A DNA stretch of 64,000 bases from a bacterium (GTDB lineage Bacteria; UBP14; UBA6098; B30-G16). Location: positions 7,771-71,770 of the forward strand of contig JAUWMV010000001.1 in the NCBI GenBank assembly GCA_030613005.1. The letters are read 5' to 3'. The position numbers and the translations under genes are program-made. Shown here piece by piece: positions 37,641-47,357 of the stretch (position 1 is its first letter; the number at the start of each line of letters is the position of its first letter). The notes under the pieces were generated by a model. That model saw only the letters and a list, made by a program, of their open reading frames with translations. It searched no databases and was not told the DNA's origin.

Positions 37641-38138
37641 TTGTTCCTTTTCAAAGCTTAATGATTAATTAATCTTTAATCCAATCTAAGTTATCTAATA
37701 AAATATAAAAGTTTTTAAAAAAAATCTACATTTAATAATGATTTTGGAAAAATTTTTCAGGCAAAATAAGGCTGCTTGAGCATTAAGAAGGATAGGAAAT
37801 GATTACGTTAATTCATTATTAGAAGTGGACTTATCGAGATGATAGACTGTTGAATGCATGTTTATACGTTGTTTAACGATATAATTGCTTAATTTTGATA
37901 TTTGAATGCCATAAAAAGTTGAAGATATAACTGTTTTTCCCATAGGGAACGGGTAATGTATATTGTCATATATTAGGTATGGTATTAAGTTAATAATGAT
38001 AAATTATATTATTCACATTTATGTTTATTAAGAAGCATAATAATAATTTATTTTATACGAATAAATAAGTAATTGCAATGAATTATATTTTTCATTTATA
38101 TTTTGTATGTTTTTTAGACTAAATTTATAGTTTAATTT

Positions 38139-38224
38139 CGGAGGGGGAGGGATTCGAACCCTCGGTCCCCAAAGGGGACAACGGTTTTCGAGACCGTCCC
38201 GTTCGACCGCTCCGGCACCCCTCC
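38139..38224 (-). tRNA. tRNA-Ser (anticodon CGA).
   Basis: Reverse complement GGAGGGGTGCCGGAGCGGTCGAACGGGACGGTCTCGAAAACCGTTGTCCCCTTTGGGGACCGAGGGTTCGAATCCCTCCCCCTCCG. Long variable arm. Anticodon loop CTCGAAA. Confidence 0.85.
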
Positions 38225-38331
38225 TATTAGATTGATTAACATATTGAATGAAATTACAATCTAAATGTCTTTAAATAGACCTCCAGTATGTGATTAAAGT
38301 GAATTAGTAAAACCTACATTTAATGAAAAAT

Positions 38332-38423
<92 letters not shown>

Positions 38424-38541
38424 AAGTTCATAATAAATATCCTCTATGTTTTTGAATGTCAAGGCTATTTACAATATAATCGTTAGGATTTATAAAAACT
38501 AATTTTGTATGTTAAAAGGTGATTATAAGATCGAGGATTAA

Positions 38542-39834
38542 TCAATCGTTATTTTCAATATTGCTTTCTGAGGTGTGCTGTTTCTCTTTTATAATTCCAT
38601 GTTCTATAATTTTTTCTGTTAGAATAATGGCTGACTTTTCATTAACAGAATCTATTGTGGTTTTTAGGAATACATATAAAGGGGTTATTTTTTCTACAAG
38701 CCAATGTTCACCATTATAATAGACTGTATCTCCCACCTTAACGAGGTTTTTAGCTATCAAACCATAACCGAAAACATAACTTCTGGTAATTGGTAGAATT
38801 GCCAAAACAATTACAATTAGTGCAAAAATAAATATGGACAAAGCAAGAACTTCAGTAGGTCCAGGGATTAGTAAAATAAATCCAAGAATAAAAAGCAGAG
38901 AGATAAAGACCTTAAGAACTAGTTTTATCTGCTGTAATGCTTCTATTGGGATTGCCAGATGTTCAGGATTTTTTTGATAATGACGAAATATTATTTCAAC
39001 GATCCTAAGTGATAATCTTGCAAAGAAAGTGAAAACAATAGCTAATAAAACATATCCAGCAAATTTGAGAAGGAAAATACCCACTTTTTGAAGTATGTCT
39101 AATACTACAGTAATAGCTTTGCTTGCCAATTCATGAGTACCGGGATACGATGAAAAAATAAACATTAATAAAACGTAAAAAAGTATGATTATTAGTATGA
39201 TTTTAAGCCATTTTACGATATTTATTAATAAAAGAACTTCATCTCTTGCTGGGAAAATGGTTAGTTTGCCAATTCTGAAATCCTTGATAAAATGACCTTC
39301 TTGATGGATTATTGTTCGTACAAGTTTCTTAGAAATCTTATTTAAAATAAAAACAAGAAAGACAAAGATAATTGGTGATATAAATAGAAGAATAAGTTTG
39401 TAAACGTTTCGTGAAAGAGTTATTTTTGGTTTTTCCTTTTCTGTTTTGATGTGTTGAACAGCTCTTGCTATTAACCTGATAATCATAATATCTTGATCAA
39501 AATTATCGGATATTCTAACTTTAAATAAAAGGGAATCAGAAAGATACACAGCGAAAGTATCTTCACCCAAACGTTCTATTTCCAGCAAACTATCACAAGC
39601 TCCAGAAGATATTAATGAATCGTATGCTTCGTCGGTAACGTGTGAAAATAGAGTGGAATCAATTGCACAAACTGTATCGTTTTTGATTACAAGGTATTCG
39701 GTTGCAAAGATCGGGGAAGGGAATATAACAGAAAAGATATTAAAATAAGTAATACCATTTGCGTATGAAACAGTGAGTGAAATCCATACGATGAATAAAA
39801 TTGAAATGAGAAAATTTCTCTTTATAGTTTTCAT
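38542..39834 (-). CDS. Multi-pass membrane protein with an MscS-like (mechanosensitive channel) C-terminal region.
   Basis: Signal peptide plus an extracytoplasmic domain, at least five TM helices, then KNLVKVGDTVYYNGEHWLVEKITPLYVFLKT resembling the MscS beta-domain signature. Confidence 0.4.
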   Translation of the reverse strand: MKTIKRNFLISILFIVWISLTVSYANGITYFNIFSVIFPSPIFATEYLVIKNDTVCAIDSTLFSHVTDEAYDSLISSGACDSLLEIERLGEDTFAVYLSDSLLFKVRISDNFDQDIMIIRLIARAVQHIKTEKEKPKITLSRNVYKLILLFISPIIFVFLVFILNKISKKLVRTIIHQEGHFIKDFRIGKLTIFPARDEVLLLINIVKWLKIILIIILFYVLLMFIFSSYPGTHELASKAITVVLDILQKVGIFLLKFAGYVLLAIVFTFFARLSLRIVEIIFRHYQKNPEHLAIPIEALQQIKLVLKVFISLLFILGFILLIPGPTEVLALSIFIFALIVIVLAILPITRSYVFGYGLIAKNLVKVGDTVYYNGEHWLVEKITPLYVFLKTTIDSVNEKSAIILTEKIIEHGIIKEKQHTSESNIENND

Positions 39835-39985
39835 ATGTTTATCATGAATTTATTAATCGGATTAACCGTAAATCCTTTCGATATTGCTTCATTTTTTTTG
39901 TGCATACCCAGAAAGTAAGTATAGACTCAAAATAAATTCAGATTGAGGATTATTGTCTAATACTATTATTAATATGATGAAAAAA

Positions 39986-40621
39986 TTACTTGCCGCTGCT
40001 TATCTTAAATTGTATAGGTTGCTCCCATTTAACCCGAACCTTCCGATCTCTCTGGTATGCTGGAGAAAATTTCCATTGGTATATTGCTTGTAAAGCAGCA
40101 TTTTCGAAAATACCTTCTGGTCTAGCTAATTTTATAGTTGCACTACCTTTAAGAACTGTTCCATTAGTATCTATGGTAAATCTCACAACTACAACACCCT
40201 CAAGTCCGGATTTCCTTGCCAGCTCAGGATAAACGGGTATAGGACGTTTAACTAATTCTGGTTTTACTTCAACTTTAATGTAGGGGAACACTTCCATATC
40301 TTCAGGTGGAGGAGGTGGTGGTTTTTCTGGGATCAATTCCGAAATAATTTGCTGAGTGTCAGCTTCTTCCTCCGGGTCAGCTTCGATAACCTCTGCTATG
40401 TGCGATTTTAGTTGTTCAGTTTTTTCAATCTCCTGTTTGGTTATAGGCACATTCTCAACATTTATTGCAACCTGATATTCAAAATTTTTAAGAGCCTTAA
40501 CTTTAAATTCCGGGAAAACTACGGCAATTAGAATTAGACTAAGCAGAGTAATAATAATAGCTTTTCTTCGAATAAGTGGTAGCCAGTTTTTTAGGTCTGC
40601 CTTAGGATCTTCATACTTCAT
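39986..40621 (-). CDS. TonB-family energy transducer.
   Basis: N-terminal TM helix, proline-rich spacer PEKPPPPPPED, and a C-terminal TonB domain (PVYPELARKSGLEGVVVVRFTIDTNGTV). Confidence 0.8.
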   Translation of the reverse strand: MKYEDPKADLKNWLPLIRRKAIIITLLSLILIAVVFPEFKVKALKNFEYQVAINVENVPITKQEIEKTEQLKSHIAEVIEADPEEEADTQQIISELIPEKPPPPPPEDMEVFPYIKVEVKPELVKRPIPVYPELARKSGLEGVVVVRFTIDTNGTVLKGSATIKLARPEGIFENAALQAIYQWKFSPAYQRDRKVRVKWEQPIQFKISSGK

Positions 40622-41037
40622 CCTGGCTCACCTCCTTCGGTGAGAGTAGCGAAATTAACGCGAAGTGCGTTGCTTTGTTTAAGTTCTTCAATAAGTTGTG
40701 CTACGATAGCGTATTTAACACGTGAATCAGCTCTCAGAGATACAATTGTCGCAGGATTTTCTGAAATCTTTTGAAGCATGACTGTATTAATATTCTCAAG
40801 AGTAACCATGACATCATCGACATTTATTTCCCCTCGGGCATTAATCCAAATATGAGTTATCATTCTCTTACGTTCAATTTTCTTGGTTGCTTTAGCGAGT
40901 GGTAATTCAACTTTCAATCCCTGATACTCTTTGAAAACAGTTACAGACATGAAAAAAATTAACAATAAAAAAACAATATCTGCAATAGAGGCTGTAGGGA
41001 TTTTTGAAGAGCTTTTTGCTTTTGTTTTAATTTTCAT
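40618..41037 (-). CDS. ExbD/TolR biopolymer transport protein (copy 2).
   Basis: Single N-terminal TM helix (ADIVFLLLIFFM), 139 aa, and periplasmic fold typical of the ExbD/TolR family. Confidence 0.8.
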   Translation of the reverse strand: MKIKTKAKSSSKIPTASIADIVFLLLIFFMSVTVFKEYQGLKVELPLAKATKKIERKRMITHIWINARGEINVDDVMVTLENINTVMLQKISENPATIVSLRADSRVKYAIVAQLIEELKQSNALRVNFATLTEGGEPG

Positions 41038-41076
41038 ATTTTACCTCATATACATAGACATCAATTATACATAAAC

Positions 41077-41520
41077 TCAAAATGCTGGAGTAGCCAGAGA
41101 AATACTTTCCTTGAAGTCTGGATTCTCCTTTTTCAGATCGTTGAAAGCAAGTTTTATCTCATCTAAAACATCAACCATGAACCTATACTCGGCGTTTAGA
41201 TCTATAATCAATGATATTACTAATTTAGGATTTTTTCTGAAATTTCTTTTAACAATTTCTTTTATCTCATTCAAACTGACAATGTCTTCTCGGATGAGCA
41301 TTTCGCCTGCCGAATTAATAAAAATCGGCAAAATATCTTCTTTGTGTCTTTTTGTCTCTTCGCCAGGTGGTGGAAGCGTAAGACCAAGACCTTTATCGGG
41401 ATCCATCGATGTAGTAACAAGGAAAAATATCAATAGAAGAAACACAATGTCAGCAAGTGAAGCTGTAGGAATTTCAGACTCTCTACTAAGAATTTTTTTC
41501 TTATGAATTCGTAGAGCCAT
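41077..41520 (-). CDS. ExbD/TolR biopolymer transport protein (copy 1).
   Basis: ADIVFLLLIFFLVTTSM TM helix, 147 aa, and periplasmic fold typical of the ExbD/TolR family. Confidence 0.8.
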   Translation of the reverse strand: MALRIHKKKILSRESEIPTASLADIVFLLLIFFLVTTSMDPDKGLGLTLPPPGEETKRHKEDILPIFINSAGEMLIREDIVSLNEIKEIVKRNFRKNPKLVISLIIDLNAEYRFMVDVLDEIKLAFNDLKKENPDFKESISLATPAF

Positions 41521-41521
41521 A

Positions 41522-42148
41522 TCATTTCTCCGCTTTCCTCAGTATATCCATTTCTATAAGATTTTCTACCAATTGATTTGCAGAATCCTCCATATCTATA
41601 ACAATTCCATCAATAATTGAAACAAACCAGTTGTAGAAAAACTGCATTGGAATCGCAATAGCTAACCCCATAAATGTAGTAAGCAGAGCAACAGAAATAC
41701 CTCCTGCGACTTCTGATGGGACAATGTCATTAGACCGAGCGATTTGATCGAAAGCAAGGATCATGCCCTGAACTGTTCCAAGAAATCCAAGCATTGGGGA
41801 TATTGAGATTATTGTCGAAAGCCAAACCATACTTTTTTCCAAAAGACCCATCTGTATAGCTGCTTCATTTTCAATAGCATTTTCTGTGTATTCTAAACCA
41901 CGATTAGCTTTTGATAAACCTGCGTGGAAAAGGGCAGAAACCGGTCCTCGAGTCTTCTCGCATATTTCAATGGCTTTTCTCATTCCATCTTTTTCTATAG
42001 TACTAAGAATTATTTTAAGGAATTTTTTTGAGTTGGTTCTTGCTCTTACTAGTAACCATAATTTTACTATGGCTATAACTAGTCCTATTATGAATAGAAA
42101 TAAAAGAGGCCACCTCAAGAATCCAGTGTTATTAAAATATTGGACCAT
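41522..42148 (-). CDS. MotA/TolQ/ExbB proton-channel protein.
   Basis: Three TM helices and a conserved C-terminal GLLGTVQGMILAF motif. 208 aa. Confidence 0.85.
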   Translation of the reverse strand: MVQYFNNTGFLRWPLLFLFIIGLVIAIVKLWLLVRARTNSKKFLKIILSTIEKDGMRKAIEICEKTRGPVSALFHAGLSKANRGLEYTENAIENEAAIQMGLLEKSMVWLSTIISISPMLGFLGTVQGMILAFDQIARSNDIVPSEVAGGISVALLTTFMGLAIAIPMQFFYNWFVSIIDGIVIDMEDSANQLVENLIEMDILRKAEK

Positions 42149-42481
42149 CGAAAATGCTCCTTTCTATATTGTTTTAAATTATTAGCTTAAATATCTTTCA
42201 AAATAAAGATATAAAAATTTTTATGTCAAATTGTTTTTAGGATAATCTAGGTTTCATCGATTAAGAATAATAATAGATTATTTTTATAACCAAGCTTTTA
42301 AAAAAAGTGAAATAGATTAGTACTTTTCTGAGACCCAAAAAACCTGATTCTATATTATTATATAAACTTTAAATTCCAAATTTTTAACTTTTAGATTTCC
42401 TATATCATATAAAAGTCGATAGTATCATATTGTTTTAAAAAATTTACAATAAATAAGAATATAATGAAGATGATAATATTG

Positions 42482-43132
42482 TTAACCTTTTGGAAGTTCA
42501 GTTTTATCGAAAATCTTATCGATAAGCCCGTATTCAAGGGCTTCCTCGGCTGTCAAAAAGTAGTTTCTATCTGCATCTTTACTAATTTTTTTAAGTGTTT
42601 GACCAGTGTGTTTTGCTAAAATTTCATTAAGTAAAATCTTAAGTCTTTGGTACTCCTTAGTATGAATTTCGATATCGCTAACCTGACCTTGAACACCACC
42701 CCACGGTTGGTGAATCATTATCCTTGCATTGGGAAGAGCCGATCTTTTCCCTTTTTCACCACCAGCAAGGAGAATTGCGCCCATCGATGCAGCCTGACCA
42801 ATTGCAGTTGTGGAAATAGGAGCTCTCGAGAATTGCATTGTATCGTAAATAGCCAATCCCGAGGTTACATCACCACCTGGAGAATTTATATATAGAGATA
42901 TTGGTTTATTAGGGTCCTCAGCCTCTAAAAATAAAATTTGAGCTACAACAAGGTTTGAGACCATATCGTTTATCATAGTTCCCAAAATTATTATTCGATC
43001 CTTTAGAAGTCGGGAGAATATATCGTATGCTCTTTCACCTCTTGCAGTTTGCTCAACTACTATTGGAACTAACTGGTCTATAATACGTTCATAATAGGAT
43101 TTAACATCGTATAATAGCTTTTCAATATTCAT
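42482..43132 (-). CDS. clpP: ATP-dependent Clp protease proteolytic subunit.
   Basis: Catalytic Ser in [11 protein letters not shown], His in IMIHQP, and N-terminal [29 protein letters not shown]. Confidence 0.95.
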   Translation of the reverse strand: MNIEKLLYDVKSYYERIIDQLVPIVVEQTARGERAYDIFSRLLKDRIIILGTMINDMVSNLVVAQILFLEAEDPNKPISLYINSPGGDVTSGLAIYDTMQFSRAPISTTAIGQAASMGAILLAGGEKGKRSALPNARIMIHQPWGGVQGQVSDIEIHTKEYQRLKILLNEILAKHTGQTLKKISKDADRNYFLTAEEALEYGLIDKIFDKTELPKG

Positions 43133-43276
43133 TTCGCCTCCTTTGTGACCAAACTAATTTGCTATATAATTACGAAACTGCAAGGGATTTCCGTATAGGA
43201 TTCTTATTACGGTCGATAAAAATTTATATCTGTTTGTAAAATAGTAGATAACAGAATTTTTTTTAAAAAAATGTCC

Positions 43277-43316
43277 TTGACAATGAGGAAAATACACCTA
43301 ATTATAGTGTATAAAT
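43277..43316 (+). promoter_or_regulatory. Candidate sigma-70 promoter of the dcw (mra) operon.
   Basis: TTGACA at 43277-43282, a 17-nt spacer, AATTAT at 43300-43305, and an alternative TATAAA at 43310-43315. Confidence 0.4.
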
Positions 43317-43317
43317 A

Positions 43318-43342
43318 TGGGGAAAGATGGGGAGAAGTGGTA
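43318..43342 (+). promoter_or_regulatory. MraZ operator: three direct repeats with 10-bp periodicity (TGGGG-n5-TGGGG-n5-TGGTA).
   Basis: Repeats start at 43318, 43328 and 43338, matching the known MraZ binding-site architecture (TGGGN repeats separated by 5-nt spacers) just upstream of mraZ. Confidence 0.55.
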
Positions 43343-43398
43343 AGTAGCTGTAATGCATAGAAATAAAATGCAAGTCTTAAAGGGGTTTTGGGCTTAAC

Positions 43399-43896
43399 AT
43401 GTTTGCAGGCAGGTATATACATAAAATTGATGAAAAAGGAAGAATAGCTCTTCCTGCAAAAATGATGAAGGCTGGTATAGGTTTAGGGTATACTGAGTTC
43501 GTTATTACCAAAGGTATAGGAAAATGTCTCTCAATTTTCCCTGCTAATAAATTTGAGGAATTCATCAATAATTTTGATCCATCTTATCTTTCCTTTGAGG
43601 ATGGATTGAATTTTTACCGAGAATTTGCGTCGTGGGCTCATTATACAAGCGTTGATACTCAAGGCAGAATTCTTATTCCGCAGATTTTGCAAGAAGAAAG
43701 CAATATTAGAGATGAGACTTTAATCCTCGGTGTTGTGGATTGGATAGAAGTTTGGGATCCGAAGAAATATTCAGAATTTAAAGAGAAAAGTAAGACAGAT
43801 TATGATTCAGGAGCCAAAATGTTCTTTGGTTCGCTAATCCGAGGAAAACGAGCAAAAAATGCAAACTCAGAGACATCAGAGCGTTCTGACGGATAA
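43399..43896 (+). CDS. mraZ: Transcriptional regulator MraZ.
   Basis: MFAGRYIHKIDEKGRIALPAKM with a duplicated MraZ/SpoVT-AbrB domain. 165 aa. Confidence 0.9.
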   Translation: MFAGRYIHKIDEKGRIALPAKMMKAGIGLGYTEFVITKGIGKCLSIFPANKFEEFINNFDPSYLSFEDGLNFYREFASWAHYTSVDTQGRILIPQILQEESNIRDETLILGVVDWIEVWDPKKYSEFKEKSKTDYDSGAKMFFGSLIRGKRAKNANSETSERSDG

Positions 43897-44803
43897 GGTT
43901 CTTGAGTATTTATTAACTAAAAAGGACGGTATATACATCGATGCTACATTGGGGGACGGCGGTTACACCGAAAAGATACTCGAAAGTCTGGATTCGAATG
44001 GAAGAGTTATTGGAATTGATTTGGACCCTTTGGCATTAATAAACTCAAAAACAAGACTAAAAAAATATGGGAAGCGAATTCAAATAATTAGAGGAAATTT
44101 CGTCGAGGTTGAAAGAATTGTGAGAGAAGAAGTTGATGTAAAATATGTCGATGGGGTTGTATTCGATATTGGACTTCGAAATGAACATGTTGAAGATCCC
44201 AAGCGAGGATTTTCGTTCAAGCGTAAGGGTCCATTGGATATGCGTTTTGATATCGATCAAAAAAAGTCCGCTTTTACTGTTGTGAATAAATATCCTGCCG
44301 ATAAGCTTTCGCAGATTTTTAAAAACTATTGCGATTTAAGAGAAGCTAATAAACTCATTTTTAATATTCTCAAAGCAAGGAGCATTTCACCGATCGGAGA
44401 TACTTTAAAATTCACGGAAATAGTTATGATTTCATACCCAAAAAAACTGTGGAAGGATGTAATCCCTAGAATTTTTCAGGCTATAAGAATAGAAGTTAAT
44501 AATGAATACGAAAACCTTAAATCAGGTCTATACGGAGCTGTTAAGATATTAAAAACTGGTGGACGAGTAGTAGTAATAAGTTATCACTCAGGAGAAGATA
44601 GAATAGTCAAGAATTATTTCTTGCAAGAATCCAAAGACTGCATTTGTCCGCCAAGGATGCCTGTTTGTAGATGTGGTCATAGGAGGACATTAAAAGTTTT
44701 AACCAAAAAGCCATTAATTTCTCGAGCGGATGAGATAGAGAAAAATCCTCGAGCGAGATCCGCACGCCTTCGAGCCGCAGAAAAAGTTGAGGTGTTGCAA
44801 TGA
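43859..44803 (+). CDS. rsmH: 16S rRNA (cytosine1402-N4)-methyltransferase RsmH (MraW).
   Basis: HQSVLTDKVLEYL…GIYIDATLGDGGYT SAM-binding motif. The start is uncertain; it overlaps the mraZ 3' end. Confidence 0.85.
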   Translation: MQTQRHQSVLTDKVLEYLLTKKDGIYIDATLGDGGYTEKILESLDSNGRVIGIDLDPLALINSKTRLKKYGKRIQIIRGNFVEVERIVREEVDVKYVDGVVFDIGLRNEHVEDPKRGFSFKRKGPLDMRFDIDQKKSAFTVVNKYPADKLSQIFKNYCDLREANKLIFNILKARSISPIGDTLKFTEIVMISYPKKLWKDVIPRIFQAIRIEVNNEYENLKSGLYGAVKILKTGGRVVVISYHSGEDRIVKNYFLQESKDCICPPRMPVCRCGHRRTLKVLTKKPLISRADEIEKNPRARSARLRAAEKVEVLQ

Positions 44804-45228
44804 ATGGTTTGATAAAAATTACACCTGTAACAATTAAATATTCGAAGGTTTTATTGTTAGTTCTTGTTATATGTGTTCTAGCAATATTTATGGTTTGGGA
44901 ACGTAGTAGAATGATGACATTGTGCAGAGATATTTCTCAACAGGAAGAAGAACTTGCAGTATTACGAACTACGAATGTAGAATTAGAAACGCAAATAGCG
45001 GGTCTCGCCTCGAGGGGAAGAATAGAAGGTTTGGCTAAGGAATTCCGAAATATGGAATTCACCTCTCCAGAAAATCTTATTATTGTTAAAATCCTATCTG
45101 ATGATAAGGATAAAACATGCAATTATGCTGGTCTTGGGAAATTACTGAAATTTTTAGGTGGAAAATCATTACCAAAAAATGACAATAATGTCAATATAAA
45201 TGGAGAAGAATTGTTTGGCAATATATAA
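44800..45228 (+). CDS. ftsL: Cell-division protein FtsL-like.
   Basis: A small bitopic protein: TM helix VLLLVLVICVLAIFMV followed by a coiled-coil (EELAVLRTTNVELETQIAGL). Its position between rsmH and ftsI supports the call. Confidence 0.6.
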   Translation: MNGLIKITPVTIKYSKVLLLVLVICVLAIFMVWERSRMMTLCRDISQQEEELAVLRTTNVELETQIAGLASRGRIEGLAKEFRNMEFTSPENLIIVKILSDDKDKTCNYAGLGKLLKFLGGKSLPKNDNNVNINGEELFGNI

Positions 45229-45239
45229 AGTAGCAGGGA

Positions 45240-47357
45240 GTGATCGAGATAATGATTGCTTCAAAAAAAAGCGATCAGTTAGTGGGGATTATTATCGTTT
45301 GGGCTATATTAGTAATAGTTCTGATTTCAAAGCTTGTGGCAATTCAGATTTTTTCCGTGGATTTATACAAAAATCTTGCGAAAGTTCAGCAATTAAGAAA
45401 AAAGCCTGCCCCAGCTCCTAGAGGAAATATATTCGATCGTAACGGAATTCCATTGGCAATTAACAACCTTTTCTACGACATACATGCCGATCCAACCTGC
45501 ATTATTGATACAAATTATGTGGATTCTATTCTTTGCAGAATTTTTCGAAAACCTATCGGTTTTTATGGGGACAAAATAAATACAGGGCAGAAAAAGTATT
45601 TTGTTTATATCGAGCGTACAGTTCCTCCTGAACTTGGATTGGAGGTTAAAGAATCTCAACTCCCAGGGATTTTTGTTATTCCAAAGTTTAGCCGTATTTA
45701 TCCACAAGGAAAAGTCGGATCATCGGTTATTGGTTTTGTTGATACCGATGGTAAAGGGTTGGAAGGATTAGAATTATACTATGACGAAAAACTTTCCGGG
45801 AAATCTTCGGAAAGAATAATAGTAATCGATGCAATCGGTAGAACATATCCTCTCCCAGAGAATGCGAAAGAACCAACTGTTCCGGGTAATGATCTCTATA
45901 CAACAATCGATATTAGGCTTCAAGAGTTGGTTGAAAGGGAGTTGGAGCGAGCAGTAGAAAAAAACAAAGCTGATGCTGCAACAGCAATTTTTTTAGACCC
46001 ACTAACAGGGAAAATTCTCTCTAAGGCTTCTTTTCCGAATTATGATCCCAACAAGCCAAATGAATATCCTGAAGATCACCGAAGAAACCGAGCTATTACA
46101 GATGTATTCGAACCGGGTTCAATGTTCAAAATTGTTACGATGAGCGCAGCATTAACTGAAAACAAGATCGAGCTTGGGGATACAATAGACGCGGGTCTGG
46201 GAATATGTCAGTTCGATAGCCGTGAAGTAGAAGATGTTAAACCAATGGGTTTAATCACAGCAGCAGAAGTTCTCATCTATTCAAGTAACATTGGAATAGT
46301 TAAGATAGCTCAAAAACTTACAAAAAAAACTCTCTATAAATACGCGAAGCGATTTGGGTTTGGAACAATCACTAACATCGATTTTCCGGGGGAAATGGAT
46401 GGTGTTCTTCGTCCACCAGAGAAATGGAGTGCGACGACGATGTTAACTTTGCCCATGGGTTACGAGATTTCTTCCACCGCTTTGCAACTTTTACGAGCGT
46501 ATGGAGTAATTGCTAATCACGGGAAATTAATGCAACCATTTATAGTTGAAGAGATCGTTAGTTTCGATAATCAGGTTGTTTTGAGGAGAGAACCAATTCT
46601 TGTAAGACAAGTCATCCCTGATTTTGTTGCGGATTCAATTCTTTTGGTATTAGGCGAAGTAGTTAACAGAGGAACAGGTAGGGCTGCCAAATCTCCTTTT
46701 ATAAAAATTGCAGGTAAAACCGGAACTACTCATAAGTTTAGTGAGGATAATCGAAGGTATGATAAGAACAAATATTATTCCTCGTTTTTGGGAATAGCTC
46801 CAGTAGAGGACCCATATATAATAGGAATTGTTGTAGTAGATAATCCAAAGGCTGGTAGACATTATGGTGGTTCTGTGGCAGCTCCCGTTTTCAGATCTAT
46901 CATTGAAAAAGCAATTAGCGCAGGTATATTTGCTTCCTCACGCTCACAGAAATTGACAATTAAATCCAATAATGAATACGAAATACATGTTCCTGATGTC
47001 AAAAATATGAATCCAAATCAAGCATTATCAATACTCAACGAAAGAGGACTGATTGGAAGATTATCTGGTGTTGGTGAATTTATTGTTGCACAACTACCAT
47101 CTCCAAGAATAAAATTACGAAATAATGATACTGTTACTATTTATTTAGGAAACAATATGATTAACATTTTGGACTCTGTTTTGGTTCCCAATTTAACGAA
47201 TTTATCTGTTAGAACTGCAATTAAAAAGCTTACCGAGATTGGGTTGGATTTCGAATTAAGCGGATATGGCAAAATTCGAGAGCAATTTCCTGAACCGTAT
47301 GTTCAGGTGCCAAAAAATTTAAAGGTCAAATTAAAATGTCAGGACAAAGAATTATAA
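45240..47357 (+). CDS. ftsI: Peptidoglycan D,D-transpeptidase FtsI (class B PBP) with C-terminal PASTA domains.
   Basis: SMFK (SxxK), SSN and KTGT motifs. Two C-terminal PASTA-like repeats. 705 aa. Confidence 0.9.
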   Translation: MIEIMIASKKSDQLVGIIIVWAILVIVLISKLVAIQIFSVDLYKNLAKVQQLRKKPAPAPRGNIFDRNGIPLAINNLFYDIHADPTCIIDTNYVDSILCRIFRKPIGFYGDKINTGQKKYFVYIERTVPPELGLEVKESQLPGIFVIPKFSRIYPQGKVGSSVIGFVDTDGKGLEGLELYYDEKLSGKSSERIIVIDAIGRTYPLPENAKEPTVPGNDLYTTIDIRLQELVERELERAVEKNKADAATAIFLDPLTGKILSKASFPNYDPNKPNEYPEDHRRNRAITDVFEPGSMFKIVTMSAALTENKIELGDTIDAGLGICQFDSREVEDVKPMGLITAAEVLIYSSNIGIVKIAQKLTKKTLYKYAKRFGFGTITNIDFPGEMDGVLRPPEKWSATTMLTLPMGYEISSTALQLLRAYGVIANHGKLMQPFIVEEIVSFDNQVVLRREPILVRQVIPDFVADSILLVLGEVVNRGTGRAAKSPFIKIAGKTGTTHKFSEDNRRYDKNKYYSSFLGIAPVEDPYIIGIVVVDNPKAGRHYGGSVAAPVFRSIIEKAISAGIFASSRSQKLTIKSNNEYEIHVPDVKNMNPNQALSILNERGLIGRLSGVGEFIVAQLPSPRIKLRNNDTVTIYLGNNMINILDSVLVPNLTNLSVRTAIKKLTEIGLDFELSGYGKIREQFPEPYVQVPKNLKVKLKCQDKEL

